Shown in pieces: positions 33,226 to 42,350 of a stretch of DNA of 64,000 bases (position 1 is the first letter of the stretch; every line of letters starts with the position of its first letter). The stretch is from Verrucomicrobiota bacterium. GTDB lineage: Bacteria; Verrucomicrobiota; Verrucomicrobiia; Opitutales; Cerasicoccaceae. The notes beneath the pieces were generated by a model. That model saw nothing but the letters and a program-made list of their open reading frames with translations. It had not been told where the DNA came from and did no database searches. A program made the position numbers and the translations under genes. Location: assembly GCA_039818205.1 (NCBI GenBank), contig JBCBUK010000009.1, positions 147,581 through 211,580 on the forward strand, written 5' to 3'.

Positions 33226-34041
33226 TTAGTCAGGTAGCTTGTCGGTGCGCTTGGTCTCAGTTTCGGGCTCTGATTCTTCGACGGGTGCGGATTCCGCGCC
33301 AAAAATCAAGTCATCAAACTCTGACCGAGCAACGCTTTCTTCGGCGAGGTTAAGGAACTCAGCCTCTTCAGCGATAACGTTTGTTCCAGCCAATTCACTG
33401 GTGATTTTTGCCTGTGAGCTAACCTTTTGCACGCGGTCACGGAGAGAAGACAACTGTTCAGCTGAATCGTCCTTACCGATCCCGGCTAGCGCTTCACTGA
33501 CCTCCCGTTGGTGCTTGGCCATAGTGATCTCTGCCACGGCTTGATGCTTTTCGGCTTTGATCTTTTCAAGGTCACGTTGAAAGTTGATCAGCTGTTGCTT
33601 GTAGCCGTTAACTTGCTTCTGTCCCGATTCAATGTCGGATTCCAAATCTTGTAGATGGGACTTCTTTTCTTCGAGTGTTGAGCTGAAGTTCTTGAACGCT
33701 TCCATGGCGCGAACGTATTCCGGGCTAGCGGCGGCTTCTTCTTTGGACAAGCCTTGTGCAGCCTTCTTGGCATAAGCAACCGCGCCAACCTTCTTCTTCT
33801 CCAACTCACTAATGTCGGCGAGCAGCTTTTCGGCTTGGTTGCTCTTACGCTCTTGCTGGGCCATGAGGCCAGCGACGGCATCGCGGATGTCCCGCACTTG
33901 GCGTGTCTTTACTTCGATGACCTCGTTGTATTCCTCGCGAACAACGTGCGTGTCCTCCGCAATGGAATCGGTTTTCTCATTGATCCGTCCGGTAAAAAGT
34001 CGGCCAATGGTTTTAAATAAACGGCTGATTGCTTTGATCAT
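33226..34041 (-). CDS. PspA/IM30 family protein
   Basis: Amphipathic N-terminal helix (ISRLFKTIGRLF..INEKTDSIAED), long coiled-coil hairpin, LSSLRDRVQK..SQA...EL C-terminal pattern. Confidence 0.75.
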   Translation of the reverse strand: MIKAISRLFKTIGRLFTGRINEKTDSIAEDTHVVREEYNEVIEVKTRQVRDIRDAVAGLMAQQERKSNQAEKLLADISELEKKKVGAVAYAKKAAQGLSKEEAAASPEYVRAMEAFKNFSSTLEEKKSHLQDLESDIESGQKQVNGYKQQLINFQRDLEKIKAEKHQAVAEITMAKHQREVSEALAGIGKDDSAEQLSSLRDRVQKVSSQAKITSELAGTNVIAEEAEFLNLAEESVARSEFDDLIFGAESAPVEESEPETETKRTDKLPD

Positions 34042-34053
34042 AGTAGAAGTTGA

Positions 34054-34809
34054 TTAATGTTTAAGATGGTAGTCTGGGTTTTCCCAGGATTCGATCTGCT
34101 TTTTGACACGCTCGGAAATCTCAAGTTGGCTTTCCAGTTCCTCACGGATGCGGGCGGTTTCCACCGATTGTTCTTTCTGTTGGTTCTTGATGAATGAAAT
34201 GATCGTTTTCTCCAGGGATTGGATACTCGCTTCGGTATCGTTCAGCAGCGCGGTGCGCTGAGCCAAAATTTCTGCGCGTAGTTCGGGGATCTCGGTTTTC
34301 TCGGAGCGGTTCCAGAGACTCCACGATTGTTCGAGATTGGACACGCTTGCCTCGATTAAAACTTCGGATTGCGCCATGATTTCGGCAACTTGATAGGAGG
34401 TCGATCTTGGGCTGAGCTCGTCCTTGAGTGCTTTCTGCAACTGCAGCAATCGATCGAACATCTGCTCGGTTCGCGGATCCTGGTCGCGGGTCAACCGCTG
34501 TCGGGTTTCTTGCAGGTAGGCGGAGGCCTTGGCTTCGATTTCGGCGGTCACATTGTTGAGTAAGCGTTGCTTGACGGCATCGAGATTGCCCCAGGTAAGG
34601 CAGACCCGTGTCAGGTAGGCTCCGAGCGATAATAGGCCGAGGCCCAGCCCAGCCGCTGTAAGCCAAGGTGATGAGCGATTGATAACCCACGGTAAAAAGG
34701 TGAGGGGGACGGCAAAGAACATCGGTATCAAGCTGTTGGCCGGCTTGATGAACAATTCGTCCTTGAGTTGTTTGTTCAACCATTGCTTGTTGGGTAACTC
34801 ATTCTTCAT
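34054..34809 (-). CDS. Hypothetical membrane protein (2 TM plus helical bundle)
   Basis: Two hydrophobic segments near the N-terminus, then a coiled-coil region; 12-13 nt gaps to neighbours. Confidence 0.75.
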   Translation of the reverse strand: MKNELPNKQWLNKQLKDELFIKPANSLIPMFFAVPLTFLPWVINRSSPWLTAAGLGLGLLSLGAYLTRVCLTWGNLDAVKQRLLNNVTAEIEAKASAYLQETRQRLTRDQDPRTEQMFDRLLQLQKALKDELSPRSTSYQVAEIMAQSEVLIEASVSNLEQSWSLWNRSEKTEIPELRAEILAQRTALLNDTEASIQSLEKTIISFIKNQQKEQSVETARIREELESQLEISERVKKQIESWENPDYHLKH

Positions 34810-34822
34810 GCCTTACCAGCTG

Positions 34823-36409
34823 CTAATAAGGGATTTGGCCCGCTTCAAAAAGCAAATTCAGCACGGACCAATCATTAACGTCTGATAGTTTCGCCTCGAC
34901 CCGCAACCGTTCGGAGGGGATTCCGTTGGCGATTAGGAAATCGGCGGCGGTGCGGGCCCGCTTCTCCGCAAGCTCTAGCGCGATTGCGTCCAGTTCCGCA
35001 TTGTCGTTTTTCAGGGATTGTCCCCGGATGGTAATGTAATAAGAAGGCCAATCCTGGAGGCGTTGAGCAAGGTCGGTTAGCTTGCGCTCATTTTGGAGCG
35101 TGATTTTCGCTGACATGCGGGGAAAGCGAATTTGCTCAACGTGGAAATTGGCCACCGGGCGCAGACGCTGCCATTCGGGATCACTCAGGGCGCGAAGCTT
35201 ATCGGTGGAATCCGCTGCCTCAGCGGGTAAGTTCAGGTCGGTGGCAATGATGTTCAGTTTCTTTCTGGGATGGAAACCATCGGCTTTCATACCCTTGAAA
35301 ATTCGATCAAAGAGGATCGTGGTTGGATTTCCGTCCAACGGATCTTCCTTTAGCATCCCGACCTGAATCATGATTTTGGTGATTTTCGTGACGATGTCTT
35401 CCAGGGATTCGTTCTTTGAAGGAATGACTCCAAAGTAGCCATAGTTATCGGTGGTGTTTTTCCAGCTGATGCCGTTGACGATGTTCTCGGCGTGTTCGAC
35501 ACTGAGTTTGCCGGTTGGGCCAGCATCCTTTTGCACGAGGCTGACCATGCTTCCCTCGGATTGGTGAAGGTAAAGAGCCCGGCAATACATCTCGACAAAG
35601 ATATTAGCGACGTCGGGGTGCTCTCGAAGAAATTCACGATTCACGACAAGGACATCCATGATGTAGCCGCGCATCTTGGAACTATCGAGCAATACGTGGA
35701 CGTCGCCAAGTTCCAGAGATTCGCTCACCTGGGGCTCCCACAGAACATAGGCCGTTGGCTCATTCGGGCTGGATCCCTTCATTCGCTCAAAGACTTCTTC
35801 AGAGCCTTGTTCCTTGATGCGCCAGTCGTCAGATAGTCGCGGAAAAATAAAACTCTCGATCGTGACCTCCGCCAGAAATTCCGAGGGAGAATCCGGTGTG
35901 TAAACGATCCGTGCTTCCGGGTTGTCCAGGTCTTGCAGGGCGGCTAATCCCTGTTTGTAGGCAACGATGGCATCGGCACCTTGAGTTTCATCGATAACTA
36001 ACACGATGGTTGCGGGAAAACTACCTAGCTTTGCACCGGCCTGGATAAAAGAGTTGATCGGAAATACGGCAAAGTCGGCCTTGTCAGACTCCAGTGCCTG
36101 CATGCGTTTCTGATAATTTGCCTGGTCATCAATGACATCCAGGCGGATTTTTTCATTTTTTAGCAGTTGGCGAAACTCGGGAGAGCGCAGGATGGAATAT
36201 CCGGAAAACCCATCGGCATACAGCGTCACGGTATGATCGTAATTGCTCGATGCGCTGGTGTCTGCGATCAGGCTTTCCTCTTCTTGCTGTTCCTTTTGCT
36301 GATTGAGCATCGGTGCGATCACGTAGCGATAAGCCACCCCGCCGATCGCGAGCAGAACACACCACGCAATCAGCGCGGCAATAATTCCTTTTTTACTCCG
36401 TGTCCCCAT
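34823..36409 (-). CDS. Membrane-anchored solute-binding protein fused to a degenerate OmpA-like domain
   Basis: N-terminal TM; DGFSGY, DETQGADAIVA, VLWEP, IMDVLV; C-terminal LELAEKRARTAADFLIANGIPSERL. Confidence 0.8.
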   Translation of the reverse strand: MGTRSKKGIIAALIAWCVLLAIGGVAYRYVIAPMLNQQKEQQEEESLIADTSASSNYDHTVTLYADGFSGYSILRSPEFRQLLKNEKIRLDVIDDQANYQKRMQALESDKADFAVFPINSFIQAGAKLGSFPATIVLVIDETQGADAIVAYKQGLAALQDLDNPEARIVYTPDSPSEFLAEVTIESFIFPRLSDDWRIKEQGSEEVFERMKGSSPNEPTAYVLWEPQVSESLELGDVHVLLDSSKMRGYIMDVLVVNREFLREHPDVANIFVEMYCRALYLHQSEGSMVSLVQKDAGPTGKLSVEHAENIVNGISWKNTTDNYGYFGVIPSKNESLEDIVTKITKIMIQVGMLKEDPLDGNPTTILFDRIFKGMKADGFHPRKKLNIIATDLNLPAEAADSTDKLRALSDPEWQRLRPVANFHVEQIRFPRMSAKITLQNERKLTDLAQRLQDWPSYYITIRGQSLKNDNAELDAIALELAEKRARTAADFLIANGIPSERLRVEAKLSDVNDWSVLNLLFEAGQIPY

Positions 36410-36415
36410 GGGTTA

Positions 36416-37159
36416 TTATTCACCAAGCGGTTGATTACCCGATTCCGAAAGTGCGTCGATTGTTGAAAGTGCCGCATCGTTGTTCGGGAAAAATGCCAGA
36501 TAGTCGTAAGGGGATTCTCCTGCTGCATCAAGATCTGTATTGCTGGAGACCTCTGCGATAAAGGTGGTGACGGCGGCATCGAGTGATTTGACGTCTTTGG
36601 CGCCAACGTACTGATGAGCCGCGTCTTTAAGGCTGTGGTCGTTGGCCATGCCGACGCCAATCACGTTTAGTGTAATACCACGGGAGACCAGCTCCGGAGC
36701 ATAGTTAAGCATCAGCTTGCCGTCGGTTGATTCGCCATCGGTGATGACTATGAGGCGATAGGTTCCGTAGTTGAACTGCTTAGCACGCTCGGCTAGCAGG
36801 CTGTCGGCGCCGGTTTTCAAGAATGTGCCGAGTGGTGTCTTGCCTCCTTGCTTGATCCGCTTCACCTGTTTGCGCACTTTGGTTTTGTCCAATGGTCCGA
36901 GCGGGTACGCCCAACCGTTAACGTTCTTGCTAAAAACCAGGAGACCAAATTGCGTATCATCGGGCAGCTTTTTGAGTGCTTGGTAAACGGAGTTTTTCGC
37001 TGCTTGCATCTTGCTCTTGTCATCGATCATACCCGACATGGACCCGGATCCGTCGAGGATTACGACGACGTTGTCCAGATTGTTGCTCTCCTGGGCCTGA
37101 AGGGCAGCCGCGCAAAGAGCACCCAGTATCAACTGGAAAACTATTTTAAACTTGCTCAT
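36416..37159 (-). CDS. Secreted vWA domain protein
   Basis: Signal peptide; intact MIDAS: ILDGSGSM, GGKTP, ITDGE. Confidence 0.92.
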   Translation of the reverse strand: MSKFKIVFQLILGALCAAALQAQESNNLDNVVVILDGSGSMSGMIDDKSKMQAAKNSVYQALKKLPDDTQFGLLVFSKNVNGWAYPLGPLDKTKVRKQVKRIKQGGKTPLGTFLKTGADSLLAERAKQFNYGTYRLIVITDGESTDGKLMLNYAPELVSRGITLNVIGVGMANDHSLKDAAHQYVGAKDVKSLDAAVTTFIAEVSSNTDLDAAGESPYDYLAFFPNNDAALSTIDALSESGNQPLGE

Positions 37160-37177
37160 AGAGATTTCGGTTAGGCT

Positions 37178-39010
37178 TTAAAAGTCGAAGTCGGAGGAGT
37201 TTTGAGCCTCCGCGGAGACACGAACCAAGAGGAACTCAACCCGCCGATTTTCCGCGGCTTCGGCAGCATTGGCCGGCTTCGGGTTGACGGGCTCACGGAT
37301 ACCGACACCAACGGCTTGGATCTGCGTGATATCAAGCGGGATACCTTCCGCGCCAGCATACTCAGAAATGGCCGATTTAACAGATTCGGCCCGCGAGCGC
37401 GATAGGTTGAGACCGGCTTGCATAACCTGACGTGGGCTTTGGCCCCGGTAGCTCACCCGGTCAAAGGTTCCCTTTTGGATCAACTCGGTCAAATACTTGG
37501 TGTTGTTGACGTCCAGGCGACGTCCATTGAGGAAGTAATTGTAGTTCCCCTGGCTACCCGTCTGTTTGATGATACCTTCTTCCATCCCGCCACGAACTAA
37601 GGTCAGTAGGGTTAGGGTTGGGTCGGTGTGCCCGCGGACGGCGATAACGGCGTTACCATACTGTTGGACAAGCTCCAGGACTTTGGTGAATTCAACTCCA
37701 TATTGAACAGCGCTAAACTCGTTCTGGTTCGGTTCAAACGAAATGACCACGCTGTAGATAACGTTGTTCGCGAGGTCGCCGCTCAAATTCAGCGATTCAA
37801 GCTCCTCGAGCGTGGCTTCAGCGTTAAAGCGTGGCTGCTGAGCCACACTGGTTTTGCTCAGATACTTGGTGAAGGCGTCTGAATTCCAATCGAGGGGCGA
37901 GGGCACAAAGCCCTGCCGAACCGATGCGTAGCCACGCACTTGGGCGAGATCGAGTGACTTCTTCTGGAAGGCATCGAATCCGCGATAGGGATTGCTGTTG
38001 GAAAAGAATGCGATGTTACCCGGCTGGCCAACAAATGTGCAGTCTAGTAGCAAGCCATGGGCGTCCGCTTCCAGTGAGGGAATCACGTCCTCGCCGTAGA
38101 TGTCCTGGGTCAATTGCAAGAGTTCCATGTACTTCTGGTTTCCCTTGGTCTCGTACTCCTTCTGCAGGTCGATGACTTCTTCAGCTGCTTTGAGGTAGCC
38201 CGCGGCGAACTTGGTCACCCAGTCCTTGTTGGCGTTGAACCAATCACCGCGGCATGCGTAGACGTCAGCGATGGAGTAGGAGCGCTCCGCGGTCGAGGCA
38301 AGGACCCGGGCACCGCGCACGGTTCCCTCGATGCCGTTGCCCATGCTTTGCAGGCCTCCAGTTAAGCCTAGCATATCGGGCGTAATCACAAATGCTACGT
38401 CAACGTCGTCGCGTTGGCGAAAAATCTCGGCCGGGCTGTCGGCGCTACCGGTTAGGTCCTTAGCCCAAACGACATCGATATCGTCCCAGGAAAGACCGGC
38501 ATCCCGTAGTAAGTCATCCAATAGCCCTTCGTGGGGGCCCGCCTTTTGCAATACGACCGTTGCACCTTTGAGGTCCGCGAGTGTCTTGATGTCGTTACGA
38601 GCAACCGCATGGTCTCCAGCACTCCAGGTCATTTGCATGATGATGACTGGCTTGGTTTCGGGTGAGCTTCCAATGACTTCGGAGGCCATACCAATCATAC
38701 GATAGGTACCTCGGAGAAAGGGGCTCTTGCCCTCCATATAGTCGCGAACCTGCTGGACGAAGTCATCACCCGGAACCAGGTCTATATCCAGCCCTTGCTG
38801 CGCATAGATACTGCTCTTTTGGGTTTTGAGGCCACCGTTGGCGTAGAAGGTCGCCATGTCTCCGCCCCAGACGATGAAGGGCACTTGAACTGCCTTGGTT
38901 TTGGCGACCGGCTTTACGGTGACGGGACCAACGACATCTTGGAAGGATTCAGCGTGCAACGGGAGGCTGACAAGCGATAAAACGAAAAGAATAGCGTAAA
39001 ACTTTTTCAT
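37178..39010 (-). CDS. Secreted solute-binding protein fused to an OmpA-like domain
   Basis: Signal peptide; IVWGGD, WSAGD, IADVYA; C-terminal VRGHTD...LSRSRAESVK...GVG...AENRRVEF. Confidence 0.85.
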   Translation of the reverse strand: MKKFYAILFVLSLVSLPLHAESFQDVVGPVTVKPVAKTKAVQVPFIVWGGDMATFYANGGLKTQKSSIYAQQGLDIDLVPGDDFVQQVRDYMEGKSPFLRGTYRMIGMASEVIGSSPETKPVIIMQMTWSAGDHAVARNDIKTLADLKGATVVLQKAGPHEGLLDDLLRDAGLSWDDIDVVWAKDLTGSADSPAEIFRQRDDVDVAFVITPDMLGLTGGLQSMGNGIEGTVRGARVLASTAERSYSIADVYACRGDWFNANKDWVTKFAAGYLKAAEEVIDLQKEYETKGNQKYMELLQLTQDIYGEDVIPSLEADAHGLLLDCTFVGQPGNIAFFSNSNPYRGFDAFQKKSLDLAQVRGYASVRQGFVPSPLDWNSDAFTKYLSKTSVAQQPRFNAEATLEELESLNLSGDLANNVIYSVVISFEPNQNEFSAVQYGVEFTKVLELVQQYGNAVIAVRGHTDPTLTLLTLVRGGMEEGIIKQTGSQGNYNYFLNGRRLDVNNTKYLTELIQKGTFDRVSYRGQSPRQVMQAGLNLSRSRAESVKSAISEYAGAEGIPLDITQIQAVGVGIREPVNPKPANAAEAAENRRVEFLLVRVSAEAQNSSDFDF

Positions 39011-39281
39011 GACAGTTGGTATTATCTAGTTCCGGTCCTTATGTGCCAGAACGCCTCCGATAATGCCAGAAGATTACGCGACTTGAATATTACAAAACCG
39101 ATTCAATATTATAAAGGCTAATGCGGATGTTGATGCAGTACTACTTGTTTAATGCTCCCAATAGAAACGGATCTACTTCTTTTTCAGGTAGTTAGGTGCA
39201 TTAAAACCGAAACCATTTAAGGGAATGAAACATCGATAAGCCATTCAAGTATCCATTTGCGTAACTCTAGAAAGGTGAGTT

Positions 39282-39911
39282 TTAATCGTCAAAGTGAACG
39301 ATGCCGTCGCGAATCGCTTTGATTGCCGCCTGAGTCCGATCTGCCGTTCTCAGTTTATCCAATACCCGCGACACGTGTAGCTTCACGGTGCCTTCCGATA
39401 TTCCGAGATCCTCCACGATTTCTTTATTGCTGCGTCCATGGACGATCAGGTGAAGAACCTGATGTTCGCGATCGGTTAGCGATTCACGAGATTCCCGTGT
39501 TGAAAGTTTTTCGGCCATTGCGGCGGGAAAGTAAGTGCCGCCAGCGGCGATCTCGCGAATGGCGTCGAGGACTTCCTCGATATCGCCCCGTTTGTTCAAA
39601 TAGCCTTGGGCTCCAGCTTGGACCGCGTTCCAAATGTCTTCTTCGCCCTCAAAGACTGAGAGCAGCACGATCTTTGCATCCGGAAACTCGGCGATGATTT
39701 TTTTGGTGCCTTCGATTCCGTTCTCGCCCGGCATTTGGTAATCCATCGTTACCACGTCGGGGGTCAACTCCCGATAGCAGTTGATGGCGCTCGAACCGTT
39801 GTCCGCTTCTCCGACGACCTCAAGGTCTTCCTCGGATCCGACTGCTTCCGCGAGGCCCATGCGGAGTATGGAGTTATCATCGACAACCATGACTCGGATT
39901 TTCTCACTCAT
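39282..39911 (-). CDS. NarL/LuxR family response regulator
   Basis: VVDD, MDYQMP receiver; LTDRE...GRSNKEI...TVKLHV HTH. Confidence 0.95.
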   Translation of the reverse strand: MSEKIRVMVVDDNSILRMGLAEAVGSEEDLEVVGEADNGSSAINCYRELTPDVVTMDYQMPGENGIEGTKKIIAEFPDAKIVLLSVFEGEEDIWNAVQAGAQGYLNKRGDIEEVLDAIREIAAGGTYFPAAMAEKLSTRESRESLTDREHQVLHLIVHGRSNKEIVEDLGISEGTVKLHVSRVLDKLRTADRTQAAIKAIRDGIVHFDD

Positions 39912-42010
39912 TCTGTTTCGGGTTTGTTTTGGGGGTCGTAGGGCAGTTCAACGAAAACGTTGGTGCCCTCTCCAATCGTGCTCTCAATTTTAAGGTGCGC
40001 TTGGATGCGGTTGGAACGCTCACGCATCCCTTGCAGGCCGAATCGTTCTGACTTGTCCAATTCGTTCAAATTGAATCCGCTGCCATTGTCAGAAACTCGC
40101 AAAATCGTTTTGTTCGGCTGAAAGTTTAGCTCAATGTGGACTTCCGTGGGCACGGCATGGCGGACCGCGTTAGTGACCGCTTCCGTCGCAATTCTCAATA
40201 GATGCCGTTCCTCGTATTGCTGTAGGCGTCGACGATTGCCTCGGACCGTTAGCTCAATACCCGCCTTACTTTCGATTTTTAACGGGGCAATAGATTCCTG
40301 AATGGCATCGGCCAGGTCCATCGTTTCCAAGGGGCCACCGCGCAGATCCAGGATCGAGTTGCGGGATTCCTCACGGCAATAGCGCAACATGCCTTGAGCC
40401 TGCCGTAGGGCCTCTTTGCCTTTTTCAGGATCGGAATCGATCTTTCGATTGCAGCTGCGTAACTGCAAAGTCATACCGGCTAGTCCTTGCTCCAGCGTAT
40501 CGTGTAGGTCGCGAGCAATCCGCTGGCGCTCCTGTAGAATGGACTCGCGCTCGATCTGGTCGCTAATAATGGCCGTTTGTTTGGCGACGTTCTTTCTTAG
40601 TAACACGATCCAAATGAAAAATAGCGCGGCGATCGCCAAGACGATGGTCATTAGCCAAAGCAAACGAGCGGTTGTCCACCAGGGGGCGGATTGTAGCACA
40701 GCCACTCCATCAAGAGGTCGCAAATCCAGCCATAGAGACTCCGAGAACATTTGCCACCGAGTATCCTCATTGCGCACGAGATTGCAGATGCCGATTAATT
40801 GGAGCACGGCTCCCGCGCGCAATTCACCGTCGATAGCCATGCCCGTGGGCAGGCGGGCTTCGAAGACGCGATCACCGGCCTGGCAAAGGAGGCTCAATCC
40901 GTCGGGTTCTATCGAATCACCGGCGGCTTCACTCGAGAATCCAGATAGCCTGAACGATTCTCCAATGTTCACTAAGGTCGCCGTTACTTCGACGAGTTCA
41001 TAGTTCCAATCGGGGTCGATTGGGTCCCGTAGGTCAATCTTGTGCGGCTTGGGTGGGGGACGTTTTTCCAGCACGCTAACTTCCCGAGCTCGAAAGGCCG
41101 GGCTAATTGGTTGAGCTTGGATGAAACCCAGCATTTCAACGAAATCACCCGGCTCAAGGCTTAGGTTGCCAAGTGTTGTGACTTTGAGGCTAGCCCGTTT
41201 TCCTCGAAGGTATAGGCGATCCTCGTTTGAGTAGGTGACAAGTCCGCGTGTGTTGAGCGCCTTTTGGTAGTTTGCCCCGGTTCGCATGAGATGCTCGATG
41301 GGGCGCAAATCGGTGTAATCCAACTCGGTGTCTTCGCTGTTTAGAGTAAAGTCGTCCACTGAATTGGTGACGAATACGCGGCCAGTCATCTGCCGGTGCT
41401 TGTTGAACACTGTCCCGACGACTGCTCGAAATTCTACGCGTTGAAACAACATATCCGAGAGCTGGTCGTAGGCTCCCTTCGAATAGGGAATTTGCACCGT
41501 GATGATCGAATCATGTGCTTCCAGAATAATAGCGATATGGTCCAGGTCTTGCGCAACGCTCAAATCAATGATGCGCCCCCAGGAGTATACCCATTCGGCA
41601 TCGAGTTCAGTCGACGGGCTAGTCAGCTCAAATTGGTGAAATTTTCGAGGTTTCGGGAGTGGCCCCCAATCGAGAACTTCCAGCTCATCGCAGTGGATGA
41701 CGGGGACGAATCCACCCGGTGAAGAGTGTCCCTTGATCTTGATGATGGAACCTACCGTGAGTTCTTCATTCACATATTTCGTTCCGGGAAGCTCAATGTA
41801 GATCCCGAGTTCTCCGTCGAAGATGAAGCCCCCGTTCCGGCGGGGATTCAAATGGATAACCTGGGCCTCAATTTCGACCGTAATTTTTTGGGCGGCGGTT
41901 GTGGGGTCTAGATTCTTGACGGCCTTGATCGTCGTAATGGTCGCGCCAGAACAGACCGTGAACGATAGAGCGCTCAGGAGTATGATGACCAGGGCTTTGC
42001 GAACGAGCAT
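39908..42010 (-). CDS. HisKA_3 sensor histidine kinase with large extracytoplasmic domain
   Basis: Signal peptide, single TM, ERQRIARDLHDTLEQ, EAVTNAVRHA, DNGSGF, GLQGMRER. Confidence 0.93.
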   Translation of the reverse strand: MLVRKALVIILLSALSFTVCSGATITTIKAVKNLDPTTAAQKITVEIEAQVIHLNPRRNGGFIFDGELGIYIELPGTKYVNEELTVGSIIKIKGHSSPGGFVPVIHCDELEVLDWGPLPKPRKFHQFELTSPSTELDAEWVYSWGRIIDLSVAQDLDHIAIILEAHDSIITVQIPYSKGAYDQLSDMLFQRVEFRAVVGTVFNKHRQMTGRVFVTNSVDDFTLNSEDTELDYTDLRPIEHLMRTGANYQKALNTRGLVTYSNEDRLYLRGKRASLKVTTLGNLSLEPGDFVEMLGFIQAQPISPAFRAREVSVLEKRPPPKPHKIDLRDPIDPDWNYELVEVTATLVNIGESFRLSGFSSEAAGDSIEPDGLSLLCQAGDRVFEARLPTGMAIDGELRAGAVLQLIGICNLVRNEDTRWQMFSESLWLDLRPLDGVAVLQSAPWWTTARLLWLMTIVLAIAALFFIWIVLLRKNVAKQTAIISDQIERESILQERQRIARDLHDTLEQGLAGMTLQLRSCNRKIDSDPEKGKEALRQAQGMLRYCREESRNSILDLRGGPLETMDLADAIQESIAPLKIESKAGIELTVRGNRRRLQQYEERHLLRIATEAVTNAVRHAVPTEVHIELNFQPNKTILRVSDNGSGFNLNELDKSERFGLQGMRERSNRIQAHLKIESTIGEGTNVFVELPYDPQNKPETE

Positions 42011-42350
42011 TTCTAGGTTAATATGGATGTTTTGGTATGTTTTCCAAGACCGGAAAGAGCAACGCTTCTAGGGATTCTATGGTCATTCCTGGAGACCAAA
42101 TTGCTTAGCCTTGGAAACCCGGCATATAGCTTCCAGCGATTTATCAGGTCTTCGCCTTCTCTCTGTGAGAAGATTGATGCGGTCTCTTTTGGGGCGGGCC
42201 TATACCCCCAGAATCTCTAGGAATAATATTCAATCGATGATTCTCATTGATAAAAGGTTATGGACTCTGAGGTAGGGTTTACCCTTGATTATTTACAATT
42301 CTTAAACAGTCTTAAGTGTCTTCGGCAATCTGTACAAGCAGCTTATTTTT

